Positions 23,704 through 34,933 of a stretch of DNA of 42,259 bases are shown piece after piece. The stretch comes from Octopus bimaculoides. Taxonomy: Eukaryota. A program made the translations under genes and the position numbers. Numbering within the stretch: the first letter of the stretch is position 1; the number at the start of each line of letters is the position of its first letter. The notes beneath the pieces were generated by a model. That model did no database searches. It was not told the DNA's origin and saw nothing but the letters and a program-made list of their open reading frames with translations. Where the stretch lies: assembly GCF_001194135.2 (NCBI RefSeq), contig NC_068987.1:40310759-40353017 (forward strand), in the 5' to 3' direction.

Positions 23704-23784
23704 TGATAAGAAATGGGGCAATAATTAACAATAAGTGGATCATTGGTGTTTTAAAGTCATTATTTAATTAAAATAGGAGCATGT
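23704..23784 (-). repeat. Inverted copy of the sequence immediately downstream of the family C hammerhead (partner 24232-24315)
   Basis: ataagaaatggggcaataattaacaat..aagtggatcattggtgtt..aaagtcattatttaattaaaataggagcatgt is the reverse complement of 24232-24315. Confidence 0.85.
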
Positions 23785-24155
23785 ATTATTCCTTTACTTA
23801 GCCCATTGTACACACTGTATTGTACATACTTTAAATAATAACTTTAGCCTTACAGGGAGTAACTTAGAAGCTACAAATTAGTATTACATATGTTCAGTAA
23901 CAACACCGGATATCCCTAATAGCTGTAAGTCCTTCGGCTTACACCGCTGGTCAACTAGTCACCATTAGCACTGAATGTAGAAACCTACGTGGAATTATGA
24001 AAATAACTAAATATAAGATTATGGATTTAACAAACTCTCTTGTCTTTGATCCTCCTACTGACACATAGAATTATGTAAGTCATTAAAATGTAAGACTATT
24101 GAATTAATGAACATTTTCCCTTTCTTTTCCTTCTATTTTACCTTTCCCATATAAT

Positions 24156-24234
24156 CGTTCTGAAGATGTTTATCAATTGTAACAAGGTAAATGCAAATTT
24201 ACCCCATTTTGATAAATAGAAACAGCTGTAAACA
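24156..24234 (+). ncRNA. Type I hammerhead ribozyme motif (family C)
   Basis: CUGAAGA 24160-66; stem II UGUUUAUCAA/UUGAUAAAUA with an internal ggtaaat/atttacc hairpin; GAAAC 24219-23; palindromic stem III ACAGCUGU; GUA 24228-30. Stem I is only 3 bp (GUU/AAC). Confidence 0.68.
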
Positions 24235-24458
24235 TACTCCTATTTTAATTAAATAATGACTTTAGAACACCAATGATCCACTTCTCATTGTTAATTATTG
24301 CCCAATTTCTTATTGGCTCTATATCTATTAAACCATGGTTTACCTTTAAATTACCTACTACCGTATACCTTATAACAAGGACTATATATACTGAGGTAAT
24401 ACACCAGGAGTGCCTACGGATACACCTATCCCTCATTGGTTGCATAATTTCTATCTTA

Positions 24459-24461
<3 letters not shown>

Positions 24462-24523
<62 letters not shown>
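24462..24523. repeat. (TA)n microsatellite
   Basis: About 30 TA units. Confidence 0.95.
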
Positions 24524-24526
<3 letters not shown>

Positions 24527-24789
24527 ATATAGATATATTGTTATACTTGGTGATCGTCACATTTTGTCAATTAAACACATACACTATATATTTGGTTTTC
24601 ACTTCAGCTTTATAACTGAACAAGTAGCCCTTTAGTGTAACTTTGGTACTTGTGTGACCATTTTCCTCATCTGATCAAAGTAGTAGAATGGCCAGGGACC
24701 CCATAAATCCCTGGTCTGTAGAACATAATCATTTGAAAAAATCCCTGTGCAGATAACAACTGTAGAGTATGTAGACTAAATCTACAGAT

Positions 24790-25155
24790 AACTGTAAACC
24801 TAGGAATGCAGTTTTATAGTATAAGGTGTACCAAAGGATGCTGCAGAAACAGGACAATGACATACACTGGGGAGATAGTATGTAGTATAGGTGAGCAGAT
24901 AAGTGTACACTGGTGGGAGCTCAAGTAGGAAAAAGCTCATCAGTGCACTACAAACATGTTCAGTTAGAATATGGAAGCTTGGTTAATAACATAGATGTTA
25001 AGATATTATCAACACATAAAACAGACACGATACTCAAACAGATCATGGAGGCCACACACAGAATAGTAGATAGACTGAGCCTCAACAGAAACCATGAATG
25101 GAATACCCCCCCCCCCCCACACACACTCCATCATGCTATGCAACCTAATGACTAA
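24790..25155 (+). mobile_element. GIY-YIG endonuclease remnant of a Penelope-like element
   Basis: With frameshifts: NCKPRNA-VYSIRCTKGC..MTYTGE..I..H, then SSVHYKH..VKILS..KQIMEA..I..LSLNR. This matches the PLE pattern VY-x-I-x-C..YxGET..H..IL..E..I..LN. Confidence 0.65.
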
Positions 25156-26536
25156 AGGCAGAATGAGAAAAAAAAAGACATACAAAGACACACATACACA
25201 TACTAAAGACAGAAAAAGAAAAACAACAAAAATAAATAAATAAATAAATAAAAGACATAGGTACAGTGTAATGGGCAAACCCATATACATGCACACAAGA
25301 CATACATACTAAACACATAGACACACACACATATGCAGATAGGGATACATAACATAAAAATACAAAATGGAATCACCAGAACAAGAGGAAAGATGTGGGA
25401 TAGAGAGTTGTTGAAGAGGTCACATGAAAGAACTTTGACAAAGAAATTAAAATAACATTGTGTAACATGATATTTGTCTTTAGGTAACAACTGTTATATC
25501 CTTTTTGCTTACTCCTAGAAAGTATGGCTAATATTTCCTTCAAACTTTGCTTTGTTACATTTGTTCAAACTCCAAAGAATCCCTCTCAACACATGGCTAT
25601 GATGCTCCCCAACTACTCATGCTCATGATCAGAGATACATATATTGTCAGCCACTAAGGGACATGCTCAAGTGGTTAAGGTCAAACAAATGACAAGCAAA
25701 TCTGTGGTATTGAGCAGAATATTTGTTACAATGATATTTCTGCTTCAGCAACTCAGTGCTGAATCTGTCTGAAAATGGGTGAGTTTCAAAACATTGATGT
25801 CCAGTCAAAGTTCGATGGGAATAGTAGTCATTTCCTTTGATTTCTAGATGAAGCAAATAGGAAATAACACTTACTGACCAAAGAAAAAATTTTGTTACAT
25901 GGTGTAATAGTAATAAAATTGAAAGTATAATAATATCTGTTTCAACACATGATTTCACACTAAGAATCTTGTAAAACAAATACATAAATGTATATATATA
26001 GAAGTTTTTGTAAAAAAAAATAATAATTGATGCTGTCACAATGCTAAAAATAGATTTTCAGAAAGTTAATAACTATTTAAAAAAAATTTTGAAGCCTTGT
26101 GATTGAATTTGGTAGGCAGAAATTACCTTCATGTAAGTGCTTGTGTCTCCTAACAGCATGACACCTTAAGGAAAGAAGTTTTTGTATCGTGTATGTGTGT
26201 GTGCATGTGTGAATTATAAAACAATGGTTTTATTTGGATTTGAACCCATGAGCAGGAGTCAGATACCATATAAATTCAGCCATTTATAATATCATGGTTT
26301 TACTTTTTGTGTCCTTGAGCAAGGCAGTTCATTTCATGTTGGTGCAGTCTTCTCAACTGAAATGCATACCAGCAATAGCTGAGAGTGAGGTGGGAGGTTT
26401 AATCTTGTGGAGGACTGATAACTAATCTGGCAATCTGCCATGACTTGTACTCTCTGTTGCTTTGAAATTGAGGTCATCTCTGGCCAAATGAGCTGGTAGA
26501 CTTAATACAAACAAGATTTATAAAAAAGAGTTTATC

Positions 26537-26574
<38 letters not shown>

Positions 26575-26577
<3 letters not shown>

Positions 26578-26850
26578 TCATCATCATCATCATCATCGTT
26601 TAACGTCCGCTTTCCATGCTAGCATGGGTTGGACGATTTGACTGAGAACTGGTGAACCGGATGGCTGCACCAGGCTCCAATCTGATCTGGCAGACTTTCT
26701 ACAGTTGGATGCCCTTCCTAACGCCAACCACTCCAAGAGTGTAGTGGATGCTTTTACGTGCCATGCTCAAAATGGTGTTTTTTACGTGCCACCTGCACAG
26801 GAGCCAGTCCAGCGGCACTGGCAACGATCACACTCAAATGGTGCTGATTC
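26575..26850 (-). mobile_element. 3' part of the RTE-tailed non-autonomous element, with (CAT)n tail next to (TA)n
   Basis: Reverse complement of about 19900-20135 with high similarity. Confidence 0.85.
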
Positions 26851-27074
26851 ATTCAAAACAATGCAAATAAATAAGTATTACATTCGATGGAATCTGAATG
26901 TTAAAGGTTAAACACACAATTATAACAATCCACTGGGAATCAGATAAAGAAATAAACCTGGCAATGTTTAACTACCAAAGCCAAAAGCAAGCAGGGATAA
27001 CAACTACCAAATTCAGAATTAATTTCTTGACAGCATGTCATTATTTTTTTTTTTACTTAGTTTAATCATAAGAC

Positions 27075-27312
27075 TAGACATGCTGGAGCACCACCTTGAA
27101 ATGTTCAGTTGAACAAATCAACCTTAGTAATTTTTTTTATAAAGCCTGATATTTATTCTAGTTTTTTTTTTTTGCCAAATCACTAAGACATGGGTGCACA
27201 CACACACATCCTCAGTTTCTATCAACCAAATACTCTGGGGCATTTGCTGGCCTGGGGCTATATAGAAGAGACTTGTCCAAAGAACCACACAGTGAGATTG
27301 AACCCAAAACCA
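27075..27312 (-). mobile_element. Degenerate tRNA-type SINE
   Basis: catgctggagcaccacctt, ggggctata..agaagagacttgtccaa, attgaacccaaaacca match the SINE family at 11335 and 41471. Confidence 0.65.
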
Positions 27313-27747
27313 TTGGCGCTTGATGCAGTCTTCTGGACTGCCAGCTCCTGTCAAACTGTCCAAACCTTGCAAGCTGGGAAGATGGGCATTAAATGCTAAT
27401 AAGTAGACCATAATTCTTTACCCACAAAATNNNNNNNNNNNNNNNNNNNNNNNNNNNNNNNNNNNNNNNNNNNNNNNNNNNNNNNNNNNNNNNNNNNNNN
27501 NNNNNNNNNNNNNNNNNNNNNNNNNNNNNNNNNNNNNNNNNNNNNNNNNNNNNNNNNNNNNNNNNNNNNNNNNNNNNNNNNNNNNNNNNNNNNNNNNNNN
27601 NNNNNNNNNNNNNNNNNNNNNNNNNNNNNNNNNNNNNNNNNNNNNNNNNNNNNNNNNNNNNNNNNNNNNNNNNNNNNNNNNNNNNNNNNNNNNNNNNNNN
27701 NNNNNNNNNNNNNNNNNNNNNNNNNNNNNNNNNNNNNNNNNNNNNNN

Positions 27748-27750
27748 AGA

Positions 27751-27816
<66 letters not shown>

Positions 27817-27820
27817 GATA
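27748..27820. repeat. (GATA)n/(GACA)n microsatellite at a gap edge
   Basis: Read directly from the sequence. Confidence 0.95.
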
Positions 27821-29256
27821 GATCAAAATAGTTTGATTCAGGCTCCAGAGTTTCACGTGTGTGGCTAGTCTGAATGAGAGTTCAATTGAAGAGAGTCAAT
27901 GTTTACTACTGGATGTTAGCCTGCAATTGGTTGAGAAAGGTCATCTGGTATAGTGGTCTGATGTTGGTATTAAAATACTCTTCAACTCCCATAATGTCAA
28001 GCTAAGCTACTCCTGCTCAGACAACATTGCATGCATCAACAGATGTAAAAACGCCTGATACAACCCCTAACTCCAACTTGCAACATCCGGAACCCTACCA
28101 TCTGCCCCCTAGGAGGATCCTGCCTCTCAAGGGCTGTAGTATACAGAGCCACTCTTACGCCATCTGATGACATTGCTAGGTACTATACAGGCAGGACAGC
28201 CAATGACTTCAAGAGAAGATATTCCCAGCACTTGCATTCATTTAGATCCGGGGACAGAGACAACTCCACTTCCCTGTCATGCTTTCTCTGGAGACTTTGT
28301 GACCGCCGAGACAAAACACCCAGCATCAAGTGGACTATTACCATATTCACCCAACACCCCTAATTGTCAGCTGTGCCTCTGCGAACAACTGCATATCATC
28401 TACTAATCCACAGTATCCATCAACAAGAAATATGAGGTATTGTATTGCTGTCACCAGAGGTACATCCTTTTAGTAAATTTCAAGCCACTGGCCGCCAACA
28501 ACCTGGATATACCTCCTTAGTACCAACCATACATAGCACTGCCTGCACCAAGGTCACTGTCAGAAATTAACTCCCATGAACAGCACTGCAAATCACCAAT
28601 CCCCAACATTTCTCCATGCCTGTTTACCTGCATACTCTCACTCCTTGTACATCATCCCTTATGCATGACCACACAAGTATATGTGCATACACATGCATGT
28701 GAATGAGTGCATATATGCATCTGCTCGCCATATACATGTGCACGGATGTGTGTGCATGGGAATACACATGTGCACCCGCACATGTGCACATTTGAGTGTG
28801 CATGTCCTCATGTGCATATGTACATGGAATTAAAGGTGTGCATGCACATGTGTATGTATATGTGTGTGTGTCTGCATGAGTGCAGATGTATGAGTGTACA
28901 TCTCAGCACACATACACACTCGTATAAATATGGATGCATACATGCAGATATATGGAAATATACATGTACATATATACCCACACATCTACTTCTCACCAAC
29001 CACACAACCAACTTCTTGTCCACCACGCGGTCAATTTCCTGTTCACCATGCAGTATTTTCCAACTAATTGTTGTTGCTGAAATACCAACATCAAGCAGCT
29101 ATACCATGTGACCTTTCCCAATCAATCGCAGGAAATTGACCAGTAGTAAACATTGACTCTCTTCAATCGAGCTCTCATTCAGACTCCAATGGCCAAAGAC
29201 TAACCATATGATTGAAACTCAGAGTACCAAGGAGTCTGAATCAAACTGTTTTGATC
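27821..29256. repeat. Inverted repeat pair (27821-27943 and 29109-29256)
   Basis: ccagtagtaaacattgactctcttcaat..ctctcattcagact and ggag(c/t)ctgaatcaaact(a/g)ttttgatc occur in opposite orientations. Confidence 0.85.
28660..28985. repeat. Cryptically simple (CA/TG/TA)-rich alternating purine-pyrimidine tract
   Basis: tgcatacacatgcatgtg..gtgtatgtatatgtgtgtgtg..acatatatacc; decayed dinucleotide repeats. Confidence 0.8.
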
Positions 29257-29305
29257 TAAACATGTAACTCCCAATAAATGAATTGAGTGCCCTTCTTTCT
29301 ACTCA

Positions 29306-29356
<51 letters not shown>

Positions 29357-29535
29357 ATCATCATCATTTATGCATTTATATATATTATACACTTTGAAAT
29401 CTATCTGTATTTACCATACACAAATCTCTAGTTCTTATAAATTAAATGGTTACAACTAAAGAGGGTAGTTAAGTTGTTAACCTGGTTTATGTTATTTGCA
29501 AAGGTTCCATCAACAGTAATATTGTTTTAACTTAC

Positions 29536-29769
29536 CTGCTGGTGAAAGTAAATGCTAAAATATAAGGGCGTATGCAGGTGAAGAGGAACTTAAATGGGTT
29601 TTTCCGGAAAATAATAAGGTATATCAGATTTATGAAGACCAACATATGACAAGCCAGTCCAGTGAAAACAGTAAGGCTAAACATTCCAAGACTGGTGAAA
29701 AGTGTGTTGATGTCCTTAATACCTGCTATTGATGCCATTATCAAACTAGCGACGCCAATTGGAGTTATT
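29536..29769 (-). CDS. SLC1/EAAT-family transporter, internal coding exon (234 nt; TM5 end-TM6-HP1a)
   Basis: Acceptor ttttgttttgcAG (29770-71), donor GTAAG (29535-31), phase 2-2. Encodes (K)ITPIGVASLIMASIAGIKDINTLFTSLGMFSLTVFTGLACHMLVFINLIYLIIFRKNPFKFLFTCIRPYILAFTFTS(S). PIG and RKNPF are SLC1 hallmarks. Confidence 0.93.
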
Positions 29770-30129
29770 CTGCAAAACAAAATACACAGAGCTGCAAGAA
29801 CAATTTAAAAATCACTAATACTATGAAACCCTCTCTTAAGGAAACAAGTCTTCTCTTTTGTACAGGTGGTACACTGAGATGAGTATAATTGCAGGAGAGA
29901 TGATAAAAGCATCCAATGCTAAGTCATGGAAGGACTTAGGGGTTAAGCAGGACTAGCTTCAGATTGGCCAATAAAGAATTCTGCCAACTTTGTAACAAGG
30001 AGCTCTCATCCACATTTCCCATTGATAACTCAGCAGGGGTTCTTCTCTGTATACAGAAGAGTCTTCTGGGGAGGTGGAGAAAATACTAGAGAATGTATTC
30101 TCTAGCTGATCAGCATATGCTAAGTAACT

Positions 30130-31040
30130 CGAGCCATTGAAAAGACACCAAAGCAATCTAGGGGTGATAATCCCTATTTTTGAAAAGGGAAACAAGAAAG
30201 AGTGCTCCAGTTACTGAGCAATTTCCTTCTTGATCCTCTCTAGCTAGCTGTTTAGAAAAGAGGTGTAGGGAAATTGTTGAGCTCAAGCTAGCTGAAGAAC
30301 AGTGTGGCTCCCGTCCTGGACCTAGCATAGCCAACCAGATATTCACTCTATGGCAGGTGTTTCAGAAATCATGGGAGTATTACCAACAAGAATATGCTTG
30401 TTTTGTAGACCTTGAAAAGGCATATGACTATGTGGAGGGTTTTAAAGAAATTTGGGATTAATGGGCAATTTCTAATTACTATGTATTTACATAAATGCCA
30501 AGATATTTGTGTTTGGATTAATGGTGATGGGTTGAAACTTTTCAATGTGGATGCTGGACCTTGGCAGAGGAGTGCATTGTCACCTTTCTTTTTCATAATT
30601 TTTATGAAGTGGAAAGACATGCACAGCTGTTGTGGAAATGGAGTCACAATTGGTCAGTGTAGGATCAGTTGGCTGATATTTCCAGATGACATGGTGCTAC
30701 TTGACTCATCAGAAGATATTTTCCAGCATTTACTGAATGGGTTTACTGATGGATGCTGCAAGACAGAGATGAAAGTTAGTGTTGCTAAGACTGAGATTTC
30801 CCTGTATGTCAGTGGAAGATCACTGAGATAAGTGGAGAAGTTTAAGTATCTTGGGGCTGCATTTACAACTGATGGGCAGCAGAAGGCCTTATTGGAGGCT
30901 AAAATTGCATGTACTGGCACAGTTATGTGCAAGCTTCAGCATTTAGTCCTTAGGAGAGGAGAGGTTAGTAAAGGAATCCATCTTCAATTCAGTTTTTATA
31001 CCTATCTTCATGTACAGTTAAGAATGTTGGATAATAACTA
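30130..31040 (+). mobile_element. RTE-clade LINE RT fragment
   Basis: EEQCGSRPG..DLEKAY, SALSPFFFIIFM, LIFPDDMVLL, KVSVAKTE, EKFKYLG; many stops. Confidence 0.85.
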
Positions 31041-31476
31041 AGGCAATTTTTTCACAAAAAGTTGAAATTCATAAAAACATTCATTTCAAGGTTAAAACCA
31101 ATGATAAAAAAAACTTATTTTTTACTATTAATCATTGTAATTAATCAATTTTTAAAGTTAATAAAGTTAGAATCATGCAATAAACTTAAAATAAAGTTAA
31201 AAAATGAAATTTCACTAAAAAGAAAACTTTTTTTTTATTAGATACTGAAAAGAATAAATAAATTCATTAATATATATTTTCATGTAGTGATTAAACCTAA
31301 ATTTGATATGTATTTCTGCTAGTTTATAGAACTGTTGTATTGGACTAACTCTTCAGAGTTATTTTTAGCATTCCCTGTGGCTTGTCCTACCCTCTGATAT
31401 TAAAAATTATTTGACACCATGTATGTCCAACCTTTTGAACACAAACAAGTCTAGCATGTCAACAGACACATATACA

Positions 31477-31640
31477 TGATGGTTTTCTTTCAGCTTCTGT
31501 CTATCAAACCCACTCACAAGGCTTTGGTCAGTCTGAGGCTATAGTAGAAGACACCTGCCCAAGGTACCATGCAGTGGGTCTGAACCTGGAATCATGTAGT
31601 TGGGAAGCAAGCTTCTTCCTACACAGCCACACTTGTGCCA
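31477..31640 (-). mobile_element. SINE 5' half
   Basis: Reverse complement of the SINE head: ggcacaagtgtggctgtgtagg..cttcccaactacatgattccaggttcagaccc..ccttgggcagg. Confidence 0.85.
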
Positions 31641-31837
31641 ATATTATATCTTTTTATGTATCGTTTAAATTTTTATCTGAGTTTAATTGAACTGAATCAT
31701 TTTCTTTCATAGTTGCATTGCTAGATCTTTTTGAAGTTGATTGTGGAGTTCTTTTGTCATTGACTTATTGAGCTGCCTTTTTCCTGTTTCAAGTAATTTT
31801 AATTTTGATTATTGTGATTATCTTATTATTAACTCAG

Positions 31838-32300
31838 ATGGCAAAGCCAAAAACATGTCAGAAAGGAAAAGCTCTTGAATTTACAGAAAAATTCTCAAAA
31901 GAATTTGTTTTGTCTCGCAATAACCAGTGATACTGCAGACTGTGCTTTGTTAACTACCTTAAAAAGACTAGTAAAATTGAACAGTCACCTTTCAAATCAT
32001 TTGAATTTACTGAAAATGATAAACCTTGGGGTGCAATGGTGACTTAAGTGCTTCTTGAAGCTGGCATTTCTTTTCACAAGCTCACTAATCCAAGTTTGAG
32101 AAGTCTCTTTGATTCTATCAATACATCATTACAATCTCAATCTACATGCCAAAACTATGTTGATGGGCTTAATGCAAACACAGCTGAAAATTGCAAAAGC
32201 TGCTTGGCTGATCAAAATGTAATTCTAAATTGTTAATGAAAGTGAGATCAATGACAAAAAAATTCTTAATGTACTTATTTGTTCAGTTAAAAATCCCTAA
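31838..32300 (+). mobile_element. hAT-related (CGGBP1-like) transposase fragment
   Basis: MAKPK..YCRLC (zinc-finger-like), then LLEAGISFHKLTNPSLRSLF..SQSTCQNYVDGL..LADQNVIL, resembling the A-x-IP-x-x-KL-x-NP-x-LR..ST-x-R-x-YV motif of CGGBP-type proteins. Recognised by motif only. Confidence 0.55.
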
Positions 32301-32305
32301 TAAAC

Positions 32306-34680
32306 ATCATCATCATCATCATTTAACGTTTGTTGTCCAAGCTGCCATGGGTTGGATGGTTTGACTGGACTGGCATGCTGGAAGGTTGCACCAGACACCA
32401 GTATGATTTGGCATGGTTTTCTAGGGCTGGATGCCCTTCCTAATGCCAACAACTCTAAGAGTGAAATGGGTGCTTTTACGTGACACCAGTATGGGTATCA
32501 TTTGCATGACACTGTGGTACGTTTAATGCCAATTTGCATGACACCGGTATCTTCCATGACTGTAATTTTGCTCAGCTTGATGGGTTTTCTTCTGAAGCAT
32601 AACATAATGCCAAAAGTCTCAGTCATTGCCTCCATGATGTCTAACACTCAAAAGGAAGTCAGCCACTTTGCCTCTGTGAGGCCCAACGCTTGAAAGGAAC
32701 TCAGCCACTTTCCCTCTGTGAGGCCCAGCATTCAAAAGCTGTTCTTTACATGCCACCAGCACAGGTGCACTTGTCTTGATGGGTCTTCTCAAGCACAGTA
32801 TATTGCCAAAGGTTTCCGTCACCAATCATTGCCTCTGTAAGGCTCAAAGTTTGAAGATCATGCTTCACCACCTCATCCTATGTCTTCCTGGGTCTACTTC
32901 TACTACAGGCTTCCTCCACAGTTAGAGATTGGCACTTCTTTACACAGCTGTCCTCATCCATATGCATCACATAACCACACCAGCACAGTCGTCTCTTTTG
33001 CACACCACATCTGATTTCTCTTATGCCTAACTTTTACACTCTGTCAAACATACACACTGACATTGCACATCCAGCGAAGCATACTGGCTTTATTTCTTTC
33101 AAGCCTACGTATGTCCCTGGCTGTCATAGCCCATGTTTCACTGTCATGCAGCATAGCTGTTCACACACAGGCATCAAATAATTTGCCTTTCATTCTTTGT
33201 TGCCAGCAGGAGCTCTCTGAATTTTGCCCAGCCTAATCTTATTCTCACAGCTATGCTCTTGGAGCATCTACCACAACTACTAACTTGGTCACCTAAATAA
33301 CGGAAGCTATTTTACTACCTCTAGCTTGCCCCACTGGCAGTTGATGGAGTTTATTTTCTGTGCATTTTCAGTGTTTATTGTACCTGTATACGTTCCACAT
33401 ACAAAAGTTAGTTTTTCTGTTAACCTTCCTCTGATGTTGCTGTGTCCAATGCTTACACTGGGAGCATCTTATGGAGTTTCTGCCTACACCTTTTCTATAG
33501 ATTGAGCAGGGGTGTCTACCTGGAGGGACTTGTGATTTGTCAGCCTTCCTACTTACTATGACTTTGGCTTTTGCTAGGTTAACTCTAAGGCCCTTTGATT
33601 CTAGACCTTGCTTCCATACCTGGAACTTCTTTAGTTCAGGTAGTGATTCAGCTACAAGAGCAAGGTCATCAGCATAGAGGAGCTTCCAGGGGAAGTTTGT
33701 ATTAAATTCCTCAGTTATTTACCTGGAGGACTATGATGAACAAGAGGGGGCTTAGCAACAATCCTTGGTGAAGCCCTACTTGTACCCTAAATTCTTTGCT
33801 GTACTCATTGCCCATCTTCGCCTTACTGGTAACATCTCAGTACAAGGCTTGTACAGCTCTCACCAACCACCCATCTATCCCTAGTTCCTCCTCCCTCTCA
33901 TCAAATTTCTCAATTAGGATGTCCCTAAATCTCTGACCATATGAAAGGTCCTTTAGCTTCCAAATTCTTCTTTTCCAGATTGGTCTGCTTCTTGGCATCT
34001 TTCTGGGCTGGAGTCTAAAGTTGCTAATGACTAGTCTATGCTGGGAGTACATTCTTCACCAGGGAAAGTCTTTGTATTTAGGAGCAATCATGCATCCCAC
34101 TGTCTGGTAGGTTGTCAGGTGGCTGACTGGCTTCCTGAAGTTGGTGTTGCAGATCAAAAGGTTATTTGCCTTGTTCCCTCTTCATTTCAGGAACCAATTC
34201 CATGGATCCCATGAACACAATGGAAGATATCATGCTGCTGTCTAACATTTTAATCCCCAGCCACAAAGATGAGACCATTGTCACTCGCCTTTGAGGAAGC
34301 CTGCAGAAGAATATCATAAAAGTGGTCCTTCTATTCATTTGGTAGGTCCGCTTGTGGGGTGTAGGCAGATATAATTGTAGCTATGCTATTCTGCAAGAAT
34401 AGTCTGAGCTTAAGTACTCTATCGCACACTCTGACTATCTCCATGACCTTATCCATTCATTTCTCTGCAAGAAGTATGCCCACACCACCTACTCCATCAC
34501 TGTTACCTTCCTAGAAGATTTTATACCTATGTGTCTTGCCTGTGAGGAACCTGGCTGAAGCTCCTCTCCACCTTACCTCTTGGATGCAACATACATCAAT
34601 ATGGCTCTGTTTAAGCATCTCAACAATCTAGTTAGACCTACATTTCAATGTGTCTATATTTACTCCTATTGGGGGTGAAA
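32306..34680 (-). mobile_element. RTE-clade LINE, decayed, internally deleted, with 3' UTR and (GAT)n tail
   Basis: Endonuclease start VNIDTLK..IVEMLKQSHIDVCCIQEVRWRG near 34670; KRRIWKLKD; WKLLYADDLAL; LESKGLRVNLAK; tail ccaacccatgg..cgttaaatgatgatgatg at 32306-32360. Confidence 0.88.
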
Positions 34681-34933
34681 GTAAGGTAACCATTGTGAAT
34701 ATAAGCATTACAGCAACTGCAAATATAAATATAAATATGTCAAAGGAGGAACATAGTTTGGAAAGGAGAGAGGTATGTAAGTCTTCTGATGCAGAAGTGA
34801 GGCAGGGCTCTGTGGAAGTTTTTGGTATAAGGGAAGAGATTACTGGTATAAGAAAATGGATTTTCGGTATGGGAGGAGGGATTTCCAGTATTGGTGGTGG
34901 GGGCAGGAAAAGGTTGGTGCACCACAAACAAGA

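Noticed and set aside
23911-23998. Possible extra hammerhead (cc-CTAATAG...GAAAC-CTAC-GT-GGAATT) with a UUCG-containing hairpin
   Set aside because: The core is mutated at several invariant positions, the cleavage nucleotide is missing and stem II does not close. At best a dead relic.
25410-25450. TTGAAGAGGTCA...TGAC..GAAA downstream of the GIY-YIG remnant
   Set aside because: C3 is lost, spacing before GAAA is wrong and no stem I or III is evident.
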